A stretch of 64,000 nt of DNA. Origin: Chrysochromulina tobinii (lineage: Eukaryota). The stretch covers positions 1 through 64,000 of the forward strand of contig JWZX01003399.1 in the NCBI GenBank assembly GCA_001275005.1, given 5' to 3'. How positions within the stretch are numbered: the first letter of the stretch is position 1; every line of letters starts with the position of its first letter. The notes under the pieces are model-generated. The model had not been told where the DNA came from and did not search any database. It saw only the letters and a list, made by a program, of their open reading frames with translations. The translations under genes were made by a program, and so were the position numbers. Positions 9,232-19,400 of this stretch are shown piece after piece.

Positions 9232-12200
9232 ATGGGTCGCGCTCCGAACCGTCGTGATCTTGGCGCTGAGCCCGGCCCGTATCCCACCGTGGGCGCCGCT
9301 GGAAAGGTGCAGTCGCGCAAGCCTCCGCCGCTGCCGCACGGCAAGAAGCCTCTGCCTGAGCCTATCTATGAGACTTCCTTCAAAGTGACGGGCATCGCCC
9401 CGTCCGTTCCGGACAAGCCGACGGTGCCCCCGAAGAAGAAGTCGATTGCGGGCAAGCAGACGCCAGGCATCTCGGAGGATGTGGCTGTTGGCGTTGCCTT
9501 CCTGCCGGGCAAGAAGCAGATTGACATGTCGCACGCGCAGACCGAGGGTCTCGTGCAGAACGGCAACCCTGGCATGCCGGCGCAGGTGCCCGTGCCCATG
9601 GACGCCGCGGGCAACTCGTCCGTCTCGCTCGCCGCGCACCAGGGTGTGCCGCTCGCGCAGATTGCCGACACGAGCAACTCGCGCAAGAAGAATGTCTTCA
9701 ATGGCAACCACTCGACCGTCGACTCGGTCGTCTTCGGCTGCGACATTGATGATACCAGCCACGCTGACAAGCGCGACTTCACTGGCGCGGCGGGCAACCT
9801 GTCGTCGACCGCCGACTACCACGGCATCTTCGCCGAAAACCAGTCCGAGTACGAGACGAAGAACAAGGCGTTCGCCATGCGCTCGGTCGCTGACACGCTC
9901 ATCTTCAACCGCGACACCGACGGCATGGACGCCTTCACCGACCCCCGTGACTTCGAGGGCGCTGCGGGCTCTCGCTCGGAGTCACAGGCACTCTCGGGCC
10001 TCTTCTCGGAGAAGGTGGACAAGGTGTCCTTCGAGGACATCCCGCACGCCAAGTTCGCGCCCCCCGGCCTCCGCAAGGTCGACTCGATGGGCTCGCGCGC
10101 TGAGGAGATCATCTACTGCCGCAAGGAGTCGCTGGAGGACACCGACTACATCGAGAAGCCCTACTACCAGGGCGCCGCGGGCGAGTCGTCGGTCCAGGCG
10201 GACAAGCGCCTCGCGCGTGAGCTGCTTGCGAGCAAGGTGAAGCTGAAGTCGGGCACCTCCAAGGCCGACAAGCTCATCTTCGGCCACGACCTCGACAACT
10301 CCGAGGCGGACGACGCGTACGAGGCCATGCTCTATTCGGGAGCGGGCACGCGCTCGGACATTGGCTTCAACCCGTACGACGTGACCACGCGCACGACGTC
10401 CAAGCTCACCGACTCGCAGGTGTACGGCTTCAACTGCGTCGTGGGCACCGACATCGACGGCGACAAGGTCGACGACCCGCGCGACTTCACCAACTATGCG
10501 GGCAACTCGACCAAGTACCTCTCCGAGCGCGAGATGTCGACCTTCGACATCACGAAGCGCGAGTCGGCCGTTGGCGCGGGCTCCTCGGTGGTCAACCCGT
10601 CCGAGGCGGATGAACTCATCTTCGGCGGCCGCAACCTCGACAAGTCGGGCGAGGACAAGCGCGACTTCGAAGGCGCTGCCGGCCACGGCGCGCGCCTCAA
10701 CCTGCGCAACCCATACGACATCACGACCAACCCGCCCAAGCGTCTGGCCAACCCGATCATCTCGAACCAGTCGATGGACGCGACGGCCGACAAGGTCATC
10801 TACAACCACGAGGTGGGCGGCAAGGACAAGATTTCGGTCCCCTACTCGGGCTCCATTGTCGACATGCGCTCCATGGAAGGCGAGTTCGCGGGCAAGCGCG
10901 GCGCGCTCCTCGACAAGAAGAGCGAGCAGGAGCGCCAGGCGGAGCGCGTGTACAAGCACCTCGTCGCTGAGAAGGGCTTCGACCTGATCCGCGGCGAGCA
11001 CTCGTCCATTGTGCCCGGCCTGATCGCGCAGAACGCGTCAAAGTTCATTGGAACGGCTGGTGTTACCTCGGCCGATCTCGACTACCGCAAGGCCGAGGAT
11101 CACAAGCGCGCGGCTGAGCAGATCCGCGACATGGTGCCCGACCCGAACCAACCGCCGGGCGAGAAGGAGATCAAGCCGGCGCGCAAGGCCGAGTACGCTC
11201 GCATGCACAAGTCCACAACCGGCCAGGTCGTCTTCATGCGCAAGATCTCGGACAAGGACGACGGCCAGGGCAACATCGAGCTCGACAACTCGTTGTACGA
11301 GGGCCACGCGGGCCTCACCTCGGACAAGCTCGCCAACCTCAAGATGGCGGACATCTCTGCCGCGGAGGAGTGGGGCCTGGGCCACGTGCCCGAGGGTGTC
11401 CACATGGGTGCCGCAGGCCGCATCGGCTCGACAGCCGAGTACGAGGCCAAGTCTCGCCGCGCGATCGTCGAGAATGCCCACGGCGACGAGGTCGCCGGCA
11501 TCGACAAGGCCGCGCTCGCCTTTGACTACACGCACATTGAGGAGGATGTGGCGCAGAGGGCTATTGCCAAGGACGCGAAGCTGCGCTCGATGGGCACGGT
11601 CGCCGCGCGCGCCGCCTTCCGCCACCACTCGCAGTCCGAGCGCGTCGGCCAGGTCGTCTTCGGCCAGAAGCCAATGGCCGACCCGAGCGGCGGCTTCGGC
11701 AACGCGTGGGGCGTGGGCGAGCACGACCGCCTCACGGACGCGTCATACCTGCGCGGCACGATCACCGCGGCGAACGAGGAGCACTTCGAGACTGCGGCGG
11801 GTCTCTCGTCGCCCGATGTGTACCACGATCTGCAGCATAAGCTCGACGACAAGCCGGCTAAGCCACGCCTGCACATGATGTCCGACGTGGACGAGGTCGT
11901 CTTCGGCCACGACGTGGACATGTCGTCGCAGTACGAGCACATCCGCACCAAGATCACAGGTGCGGGCAAGAACTCGAAGGCCATCGTCGAGGACAAGCAC
12001 TGGCGCCGCCGCGATGTGGCGCGCGCCGACAACGCGGGCACTGTCGACGACGTCGTCTTCCACCACGATGTCGACTACACCGACAAGATGTCCTCGGCCG
12101 CCTCGCAGCACTTGTACCAGAACGCGGCGGGCGCCTCGTCGGCGGCCATCCTCACCAACCTGCACCTCAACGATCCGGGCTCGCGCATGCACTACCCGAT

Positions 12201-13530
12201 CGAGTTCACCAAGCCCGGACAGCACTCGACCGGCAACGAGGAGTCCGTGGACGAAGTGGTCTTCAACCACGACATGGACCTCTCTGGCTCCGACTCGGCC
12301 GACGGCGTCGTCTTCAAGATCACGGACGAGAATCGCCACCTCGTCGAGGGCGCGTCAGGCAACAAGTCCGCGCAACTCGCGGCGCACAAGATCGAGATGC
12401 AGCGCAAGCTCAAGGTGCCCGTGTACGACCAGACCCGCGCCCAGGTCGACGAGATCTTGTACGGCAAGGACCTCGACCCGCGCACCTACACGGAGGCGGA
12501 CATCGAGAAGCTGCAGCTCGGTGCGGCCGGCAAGTCTTCGGTCACCAAGGAGCTTGAGGTGCGCTCCGAGTCGAAGAAGATGGTCCCGCACGAGTACGGC
12601 TACGCGGTGAACCTCGTCTTCCCCGAGGACGAGGGCCTGCAGACCACGAAGATCTCGGAGGTGCAGGGTAACATCGACCACGACGCGTGGCAGTCGATGC
12701 AGATGTCGGCCGGCAATTCATCAGTGCACAACGCGCACCTCAAGCACCGCGAGCTCGAGTACGTGGACGGACAGAAGGGCTCTCGCAAGGCGCGCGGCTC
12801 ACCCCGCGACGCCCCCGGAGCCGCCGGCAAGAAGATTGGCAAGGAGTCGGCGCTCATGCAGACCAAGAAGTCGGCGGCTGCGGCCGCCTCGGGGCCCGGC
12901 ATGAAGGAGGCTCGTCCCTTCGGCAAGGCCTCGGGCCTGCGCTCGCAGTCCGATTCCGAGGGCGTTGCGTCCGTGCTAGGCTCGCCAAAGAAGCAGCCGT
13001 CGACCGCGTACGAGCTCGCGCTCGCCGAGGGCCGCGCGCTGCTGACTAACCCGTACACGCACCAGTCCGCGGTCGAGGACGGCTTCGGCGGCGGCCTGGA
13101 CGGTGGCCTGGGCGGCCCCAAGCTGTATACATCCGAGTACCGCGCGGCGACGCTCGACGACACGACAACCGGCCTCGATGGCGGCGTGGCCGCGGGCAAG
13201 ATGACCAAGAGCCGCACGGGCTACACGCCGCCCAAGTACGGCGTGGGCGACGCGGCGGGCAACTACCGCAAGGAGCGCATGTTGGTGCACAAGAGCCGGC
13301 CCGAGGCGCAGTTCGGCGCGCCCCCACCCTTCGGCGTCGACCCGGTGGTTCCGGCGGCCACCCAGGCCCGCTTCTCGATCTCATCGGCCACCATTGGCGG
13401 CAACAAGCAGGAGCGCATCATCGACTACCAGGTCCGCGAGGAGCCGCCGCGTTTGGGCGCCCCTGCCGCCAACGCTATCGTCGCCGCCGGCCAGCGCCCC
13501 CTCATCCCCGTGGGTGCGCGCAAGATCTAA
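9232..13530 (+). CDS. 1432-aa intronless protein with ~13 degenerate [ST]xxDxx[VI]Fx(H/R)DxD...GAAG repeats; function unknown
   Basis: Long ORF with strongly C/G-ending codons; the repeat motif is visible in the translation. Confidence 0.85.
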   Translation: MGRAPNRRDLGAEPGPYPTVGAAGKVQSRKPPPLPHGKKPLPEPIYETSFKVTGIAPSVPDKPTVPPKKKSIAGKQTPGISEDVAVGVAFLPGKKQIDMSHAQTEGLVQNGNPGMPAQVPVPMDAAGNSSVSLAAHQGVPLAQIADTSNSRKKNVFNGNHSTVDSVVFGCDIDDTSHADKRDFTGAAGNLSSTADYHGIFAENQSEYETKNKAFAMRSVADTLIFNRDTDGMDAFTDPRDFEGAAGSRSESQALSGLFSEKVDKVSFEDIPHAKFAPPGLRKVDSMGSRAEEIIYCRKESLEDTDYIEKPYYQGAAGESSVQADKRLARELLASKVKLKSGTSKADKLIFGHDLDNSEADDAYEAMLYSGAGTRSDIGFNPYDVTTRTTSKLTDSQVYGFNCVVGTDIDGDKVDDPRDFTNYAGNSTKYLSEREMSTFDITKRESAVGAGSSVVNPSEADELIFGGRNLDKSGEDKRDFEGAAGHGARLNLRNPYDITTNPPKRLANPIISNQSMDATADKVIYNHEVGGKDKISVPYSGSIVDMRSMEGEFAGKRGALLDKKSEQERQAERVYKHLVAEKGFDLIRGEHSSIVPGLIAQNASKFIGTAGVTSADLDYRKAEDHKRAAEQIRDMVPDPNQPPGEKEIKPARKAEYARMHKSTTGQVVFMRKISDKDDGQGNIELDNSLYEGHAGLTSDKLANLKMADISAAEEWGLGHVPEGVHMGAAGRIGSTAEYEAKSRRAIVENAHGDEVAGIDKAALAFDYTHIEEDVAQRAIAKDAKLRSMGTVAARAAFRHHSQSERVGQVVFGQKPMADPSGGFGNAWGVGEHDRLTDASYLRGTITAANEEHFETAAGLSSPDVYHDLQHKLDDKPAKPRLHMMSDVDEVVFGHDVDMSSQYEHIRTKITGAGKNSKAIVEDKHWRRRDVARADNAGTVDDVVFHHDVDYTDKMSSAASQHLYQNAAGASSAAILTNLHLNDPGSRMHYPIEFTKPGQHSTGNEESVDEVVFNHDMDLSGSDSADGVVFKITDENRHLVEGASGNKSAQLAAHKIEMQRKLKVPVYDQTRAQVDEILYGKDLDPRTYTEADIEKLQLGAAGKSSVTKELEVRSESKKMVPHEYGYAVNLVFPEDEGLQTTKISEVQGNIDHDAWQSMQMSAGNSSVHNAHLKHRELEYVDGQKGSRKARGSPRDAPGAAGKKIGKESALMQTKKSAAAAASGPGMKEARPFGKASGLRSQSDSEGVASVLGSPKKQPSTAYELALAEGRALLTNPYTHQSAVEDGFGGGLDGGLGGPKLYTSEYRAATLDDTTTGLDGGVAAGKMTKSRTGYTPPKYGVGDAAGNYRKERMLVHKSRPEAQFGAPPPFGVDPVVPAATQARFSISSATIGGNKQERIIDYQVREEPPRLGAPAANAIVAAGQRPLIPVGARKI

Positions 13531-13892
13531 GCCGTGGCGCCGCTTATCGTATTGGACGGCGCGGGTGCGCCCTCGGACGCATGACGAGACGCACACGCGC
13601 TGTGCAAAGTGTGACCAGCATGAGATGACAGAGGTGTGTCGATGGACGGCTCTCTTTGTGTCTGGGGCGCGGGTGCGTCTCGCGTCTACATGGGTGGTTG
13701 CGTGAGAGAGTTGAGATTCGTTCTTGTGTGGCTAGCGCGCGTGATGTGCATACTTAATCAGTCAGTGTGGAATCAGTCAGTCTACTGAGTGCATCCACGA
13801 CGCACGCGAGCAACCCCCTTAGCGCCCCCACCGCCCCCATAGGAACTCAACTCAACGAGAGACTCCCCCGAGCGCACCGGAGCAGTCCATTC

Positions 13893-14813
13893 ATGCGCGA
13901 CATCACGGACACGAGCGGCTGCGCGACCCGCGCGAGCGCCTGTATCGCGCGAGCGCACCAAAGCACGCATTCGCGTTCGCAGTGGTCGCGAGCCGGCTTC
14001 CGTGCCGCGAGGCGGTGCACAGTGGCGGCAGAATTTCCCTGGGATATCGAGCAGCTTTTGCGCCGATGCGCGAAGCCTGAGCCTCTGCCTATGGGCGGCA
14101 AAATCCTTCGCAATGCACTGACGGAGTCCGAACAGCGCTGCTTATACGCGCTCCTGCTTGCCATGGCCGTGCCTGACTCGGGCGAGGTCATGGGGCTGCG
14201 TTTGACCGCCCAGCCCGCGGACTTTGAGGCACACAACCCCGATAACCGGCCACAACCACTATTGACGTGGGTGCACCCATACACGAGAGAGAGTAATGCG
14301 CGCGAGCGGCCGACGCGTCTCCTCGCATGGGCTGAGCAGCTCATGCATAAGCTCGCGCCGGCGAGCCGAGCGCAAGTCGTCGATTCGATGCTGGCGCAAA
14401 TGTACGCAATTGGGGGTAGCTTGCTCAAGCATCGCGATGAGGACCTGAGCTGGGGGCTCGGCGTGTCTCTGGGCTGCGCAGCCGAATTCGACTGCCTACC
14501 CGACGAGGATGAGGCGCAGCGCATCATCATCCGGTCGGGTGACATCCTCATCGGCGACTTCGGCCTTTTGCCACATGCTGTGCGCGTGCCAGTGTCGGCG
14601 CCGCCCAGCTGGTGGCGCAATGTGGATCACTTTGGCAACAAGATGCGCTGCAATGTGCTCTTCCGCCAGGCTCTTACCGCGGAGCAGCAGGTAGCGCTCA
14701 CCGAGCAGCGCGCTCGCGCTGTGTACGGCATGTCGCTCGCCGAGTTACGCGAGCGCACAGGCCACGACAACGCGTACCTCGCTGTGCATCTTCGACATGC
14801 AGCCGTTGAGTAA
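13893..14813 (+). CDS. 2OG-Fe(II) dioxygenase, AlkB-like fold (start uncertain)
   Basis: LAQMY..GGSLLKHRD (HxD), GVSLG, IRSGDILI, distal PHAV histidine and R.NVLFRQ. Confidence 0.72.
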   Translation: MRDITDTSGCATRASACIARAHQSTHSRSQWSRAGFRAARRCTVAAEFPWDIEQLLRRCAKPEPLPMGGKILRNALTESEQRCLYALLLAMAVPDSGEVMGLRLTAQPADFEAHNPDNRPQPLLTWVHPYTRESNARERPTRLLAWAEQLMHKLAPASRAQVVDSMLAQMYAIGGSLLKHRDEDLSWGLGVSLGCAAEFDCLPDEDEAQRIIIRSGDILIGDFGLLPHAVRVPVSAPPSWWRNVDHFGNKMRCNVLFRQALTAEQQVALTEQRARAVYGMSLAELRERTGHDNAYLAVHLRHAAVE

Positions 14814-15220
14814 GAGAAGGAGTTTTCCGGCTCTTAGGCAGCGGAAACGACATGCGTATTTTTGGCAGCACCTGAGACTTCCCAGAGTTTAAGATTCCAG
14901 TCTGTTCTCGTTCACCGTCAACGAGATGTCCTCGACGCGTGAACAGGGGCATGGACCATGGTAATCCTCGCTTAATCCGTCGCGTGATCCGTCGCCGGGT
15001 CCAGGCTCCAGCGCGCCACGGTTCAATACATATTCAATACTTTTTTTAGTACTTTTTAGCTCGATAGTCCGCAATGAACGCGTCTGTGCGGAACGTGTAC
15101 GTCGGTGGGTGTTGTGAGATTCTTCCTCTGAAGCGTTCTGTGTCGGAAGTTTCATGAGATCATGACCCACCCCTCTTGTGACTTGTCGCGCTGCGCTAGT
15201 ACGGGCACATGTAGTATTCC

Positions 15221-15270
15221 TACGCGTTCACATCGCGAGCATGAGAATGAAGCGGTTTGTGTGAACGTGT
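15221..15270. repeat. Dispersed repeat, inverted copy of 33059-33114
   Basis: Reverse complement ACACGTTCACAC..CGCTTCATTCTCATGCTCGC..GAACGC matches 33059-33114, including a 20-bp exact core. Confidence 0.7.
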
Positions 15271-15371
15271 CCTTGGAGTTTGTGTGAACGTGTGCGTGGT
15301 TGTGTTTTTGTGTTTTCTTGAACGTGTGATTGTACATGATGTATGAATGTGAATGAACGCGTGGGCCTGAG

Positions 15372-15996
15372 ATGGTAGGCGTCGTGGCGCGTGAGCTCGC
15401 GCTTGCAGCGGTTCAGCCGCCGGCGCCCGCGGCGCGCTTAAACATGGTGTTGCGCTGCCGAGGCGGCGGCGGCAACGATCGCATCCCCGGGCAGGAAGAG
15501 GTCCTCGAGTACACATCGACGGGCCGCCGCCCGCGCATCCAATACAATTCCGATCCAGGCCGTCAAACGCCCTTCTGGCTGTGCCCTGAGTGCGGCAATA
15601 TGCTTTATCCCAAGGAGAACGCTGCGACCAAGACGCTCCAGCGCGTGTGCCGCAACTGCCAGCACACAGACGCGGCCGAAAGGAACCTCGTCTTCGTTAA
15701 CGACCAGCGGCCACCAAACGTCTCCGCAGAGGTGACCGCCGATGTGACGAAGGACCCGACGCTGCCGCGCACCCACCAATGCCTCTGCACCAACTGCCAG
15801 CACACCGAGGCGGTCTTCTTCCAGGCAGTCACACGCGGTGACGAGGGAATGAAGCTCATCTTCATGTGCACCAAGTGCGCGAACACATCCCCCCTGCCCC
15901 CAACCCAACCTTCGCCCGTGGCGATGAATGGCACGCTGCTGACGCGAGTGTTCCTGACGTGTGCCCTGCAGGTGTGCGTACCGATGGGTGCAATAG
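15372..15996 (+). CDS. RPB9: RNA polymerase II subunit RPB9; intron 15875-15971; start may be 15372 or 15444
   Basis: CPECGNMLYPKE..CRNC zinc ribbon, DPTLPRT, CTNC.H.EAVFFQ, MKLIFMCT. The splice gives KCAYRWVQ*. Confidence 0.9.
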
Positions 15997-16471
15997 CGCG
16001 CGCGTTGCGACCTGACTTCACCTTGTCTAGGTGACACGCAAGGAACACTTGGCGAGCACGTCCGATCGAGCTCGCGTGCAACTGCGGACCCTCGCCCCGC
16101 GTGCTTTTCGCGTACCATGGAGTTCTCGTCACGTGTCACTCAGTTTGAACTCAGGGTATGAGGATTGTGTGGAAATCCACATAGTAATCCCTCCCCTGGA
16201 CCCTCCCGTCGTCCCGTGGGTCATAGGAATAATCACTATTATCGACTACCATGAAAGTAAGAATGGGATTTAGTTTCCGTGGGCCAACGCGGCTCGACGT
16301 GTTCTGTAGAGTGCCGCCTTCGTTGCCTGCATTGTGTTGTGTGAGGTACATGCAAGCGAAGGGGGGTGACCCTATGTGGGACTTGTCTCGCCCCCGCGGG
16401 TCGCTTTGTTCGCTTGCAGCCCGCGCGGCGGCGGAGATCCGAGCGCGCGCAGACCGACGGCAAAGCTTAAG

Positions 16472-19400
16472 ATGATCCCAGGGTTTCAACGCAAGGACCA
16501 TGCATCAGTGCCAGACCCAGCGCCTGCGCACTGGCGCTGGAATTTTGCGTCTTTGGCCTCAGCGCCTGTGCCAGTGCCAGTGGCGGCACTTCAGCCAGCA
16601 CCTGAGATGGATGCCACTGCTAGCAGGCCAACGTCAGAAGCCGCCATCGTCACCGCCGCCGCCGCCGCTGCCGTAGCCCATGCCACCGTAGTCGCCGGAA
16701 TCGCTCATCATTTCGCCGACCATCATCCCGCCGAGGAATCCCATGCCGGACCCCATCGCCACCGAGCCGACAGTGTTGCAGCCGCGGTCGTAGTACCCCG
16801 GGAGCACTTGGTCGCAGCGGGGTCGGACAGCGATGAGGATGAGCTACCCCTCAACAGCAGCCGCTCGCGACCATGCATGAGCTTCTCACCGCCTGCCCAG
16901 ATCGCCGCCTCGAGCGTGGATCCCAGGGCCAACGGGTCCCCTGTCCGAGCTCACGACTCCGGTTCTGATTCGGACGACGTCGAGGACGACGGCGACATCC
17001 CGCTTAGGACGACGATCACGCCCCCGCTGGGGGTGGAGGAAGAGAAGCGCAAGCGAGCAGCAGCGGCAGCACCGGCGGTGCCACCTGCTCCCGGGCCCAA
17101 TGTGTCCCCTGTCCGAGCTCACGACTCCTGTTCTGATTCGGACGACGTCGAGGACGACGGCGACATCCCGCTTAAGACGACGATCACGCCCCCGCTGGAG
17201 ATGGAGGAGAAGAAGCGCAAGCGAGCAGCAGCGGCAGCACCGACGGTGCCTCCTTGGCGCAGCGGTGGCGCTGCGGCGGTGGTGGAGATGCTGCGCCAAG
17301 GGAGTCCCTCGGTGCGCGGCAAGAAGGCACGCGTGTCCTCCAGCCTGCAGCACGCCGGCGGGCTTGGCATCGGCGACGCAGCTTCGGCCTTGAAGTTGAC
17401 CGCTCCAACGAAGCTAGTCGAGGAGGTCGACTGCCCGGAGCTCGGGTGCCCGGAGCTCGGGATGGGCTGGCGGTGCATCTTGAAGAAACGCACTGGCGAA
17501 AAGCACGTAGACAAGTACTACATCGGACCGGACGGCACGCAGTATAACTCGCGCGTCAAGGCTTCCCAGCGCGCCTCCGAAGATGTTGCGACCTGGGTTC
17601 AGTGTGATAAATGTGACAAGTGGCGCTCGATGCCGACGGGCTGGAAGTGCCCCGCCGTATCGAGCTCAAGGACGCTCTCCTTCGAGTGCAAGCAGCACCC
17701 GAACAGAGAGCTTGCCTCGTGCGAGGCGCCAGAGGAGGAGTTCGAAGGCGCATGGAGCTACGGCGCCGATGAGCTCGACAAGCGCGCGGCGAGTGCGCGC
17801 GCGCAAGCTGAGGCTGAGGGTCTCGTCCTTAAGCCCTCGCCGGGTGCAGCGGCTGGCGCCAGCTCGACTTCGAGTCGCTTCCTTCACGTGCAGCTGGTGC
17901 GCAGCAAGAGCGGCGAGCCGTTCCGTGCAAAGGTGCCGCTCGGCGCGAGCCTGCCCGCACAGACCCTCGGCCACTTTCCGAGTGCAGACGAGGCCGCCCT
18001 CGCGGTCGCGCGCTTCCAGCAGCTTCTCGATCCAACAGGCGTGCATGCGGCCAAGCTGGTCGGCACGACGATCGAGGTCTATTGGCCAATGGATGCGATG
18101 TGGTATTCGGCGGTTGTGGAGCGGGTGCTGTCCGACGGCGCGGTGGACGTCAGCTACGTGTCCGACGGCATGAGCGAGGCGCTCTACCTGTGCAGCGAGT
18201 GCTGGCACCGCTCGTGCGACGCGCGCGAGGACACTAAGCAGCGGGGTGGGGCCAATGGCAGCGGGATGGGTGCCACTAAGCAGCCCCGCTGCGGAGTCTG
18301 CGTCGGCTGCAATGCCACGAATTGCGGGAAGTGCAAGAATTGCCTTGAAATGCCGGAACTCGGTGGCACTGGCAACCTGCGGCAGGCCTGCATTGAGCGC
18401 TGCATTGAGCGCAGGTGCGTGGAGATCTCGAGGACCAAAGCGGCCAAGGTTGTGATCGACCAGCTCAAGACTGCAGCCGACGTCCATGCGCAGGCGCTGC
18501 TCGAGGGGCTCGAGCTGCTCCGCGACAACAAGCCGAACAGCAGCAGCGGCTACCTCAACGTGTCACGCCATGGCAAGACGTCCTTCAAGGCGACCGTGAA
18601 CATGCCGATGGAGGAGGAGAAGAGTAGCGAAGGGAAGCTTGTGGGGAAGGTGAAGACGCTTGTACGGAGTGAACTGGGCAGCTTTCGAATGGCCGAACAA
18701 GCGGCGCTTCTAGCCGCGCGCTGGCGGGCCGCCAGGCTTGAGGTCGTCAGGATCGCCGCTGCGGCAGCGCTGCAGACCATGGAGGAGCGCGAGCTGTTGC
18801 AGGCGGCGTGGGAGGAGGCGCGGGCAGCAGAGGCGCGGGCGGCAGAGGCGAGAGCAGCGAAGGCCAAGGCACGGGCGGAGGCAGAGGCGAAGGCCAAGGC
18901 GGAGGCAGAGGAGGCAAAGGCGGCAGAGGCACGGGCGGCAGAGGCAAGAGCAGCGAAGGCGGCAAAGGCGAAGGCGAAGGCGGACTCTTCCGAGCGCTCC
19001 GATAAGTTACTCGCGACACTCATTGAGTACCTCGAGAACTGCGGCGGCTCGGCGGAGATGATCGCTGGCTGGTACATCAAGACCGAACTCCGGAAGGAGG
19101 GCGCAACTGGACGCACCTGTGACTCGTACTTCATCACTCCGCAAGTGAGCGGGAGCGCAGCGCCGTCGTGCGCACAGCCCTCGCGCGCACAGCCCTGCAG
19201 GCCAAAATCAAGCCTCACGCGCCGCCCAACCCTGCCCCCACCTGCGCAGGGCAAGCGCTTCCGCTCTCGCGCAGAGGTCGCGCGCTATTTCAACCTGGAA
19301 GCCGCTCCCGGTTCGACGCTGCCGCCGCCGATGCGTCGGCATGTGCCGCCGCTAGGCATCGAGAAGACCGACGTTCACATGCCCACCTCGTCAAATGAGG

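Noticed and set aside
9160..13596. Many long antisense and alternate-frame ORFs overlapping real genes, here and window-wide
   Set aside because: Expected shadows of high GC3 codon bias; translations are Arg/Ala/Ser-rich with no domains.
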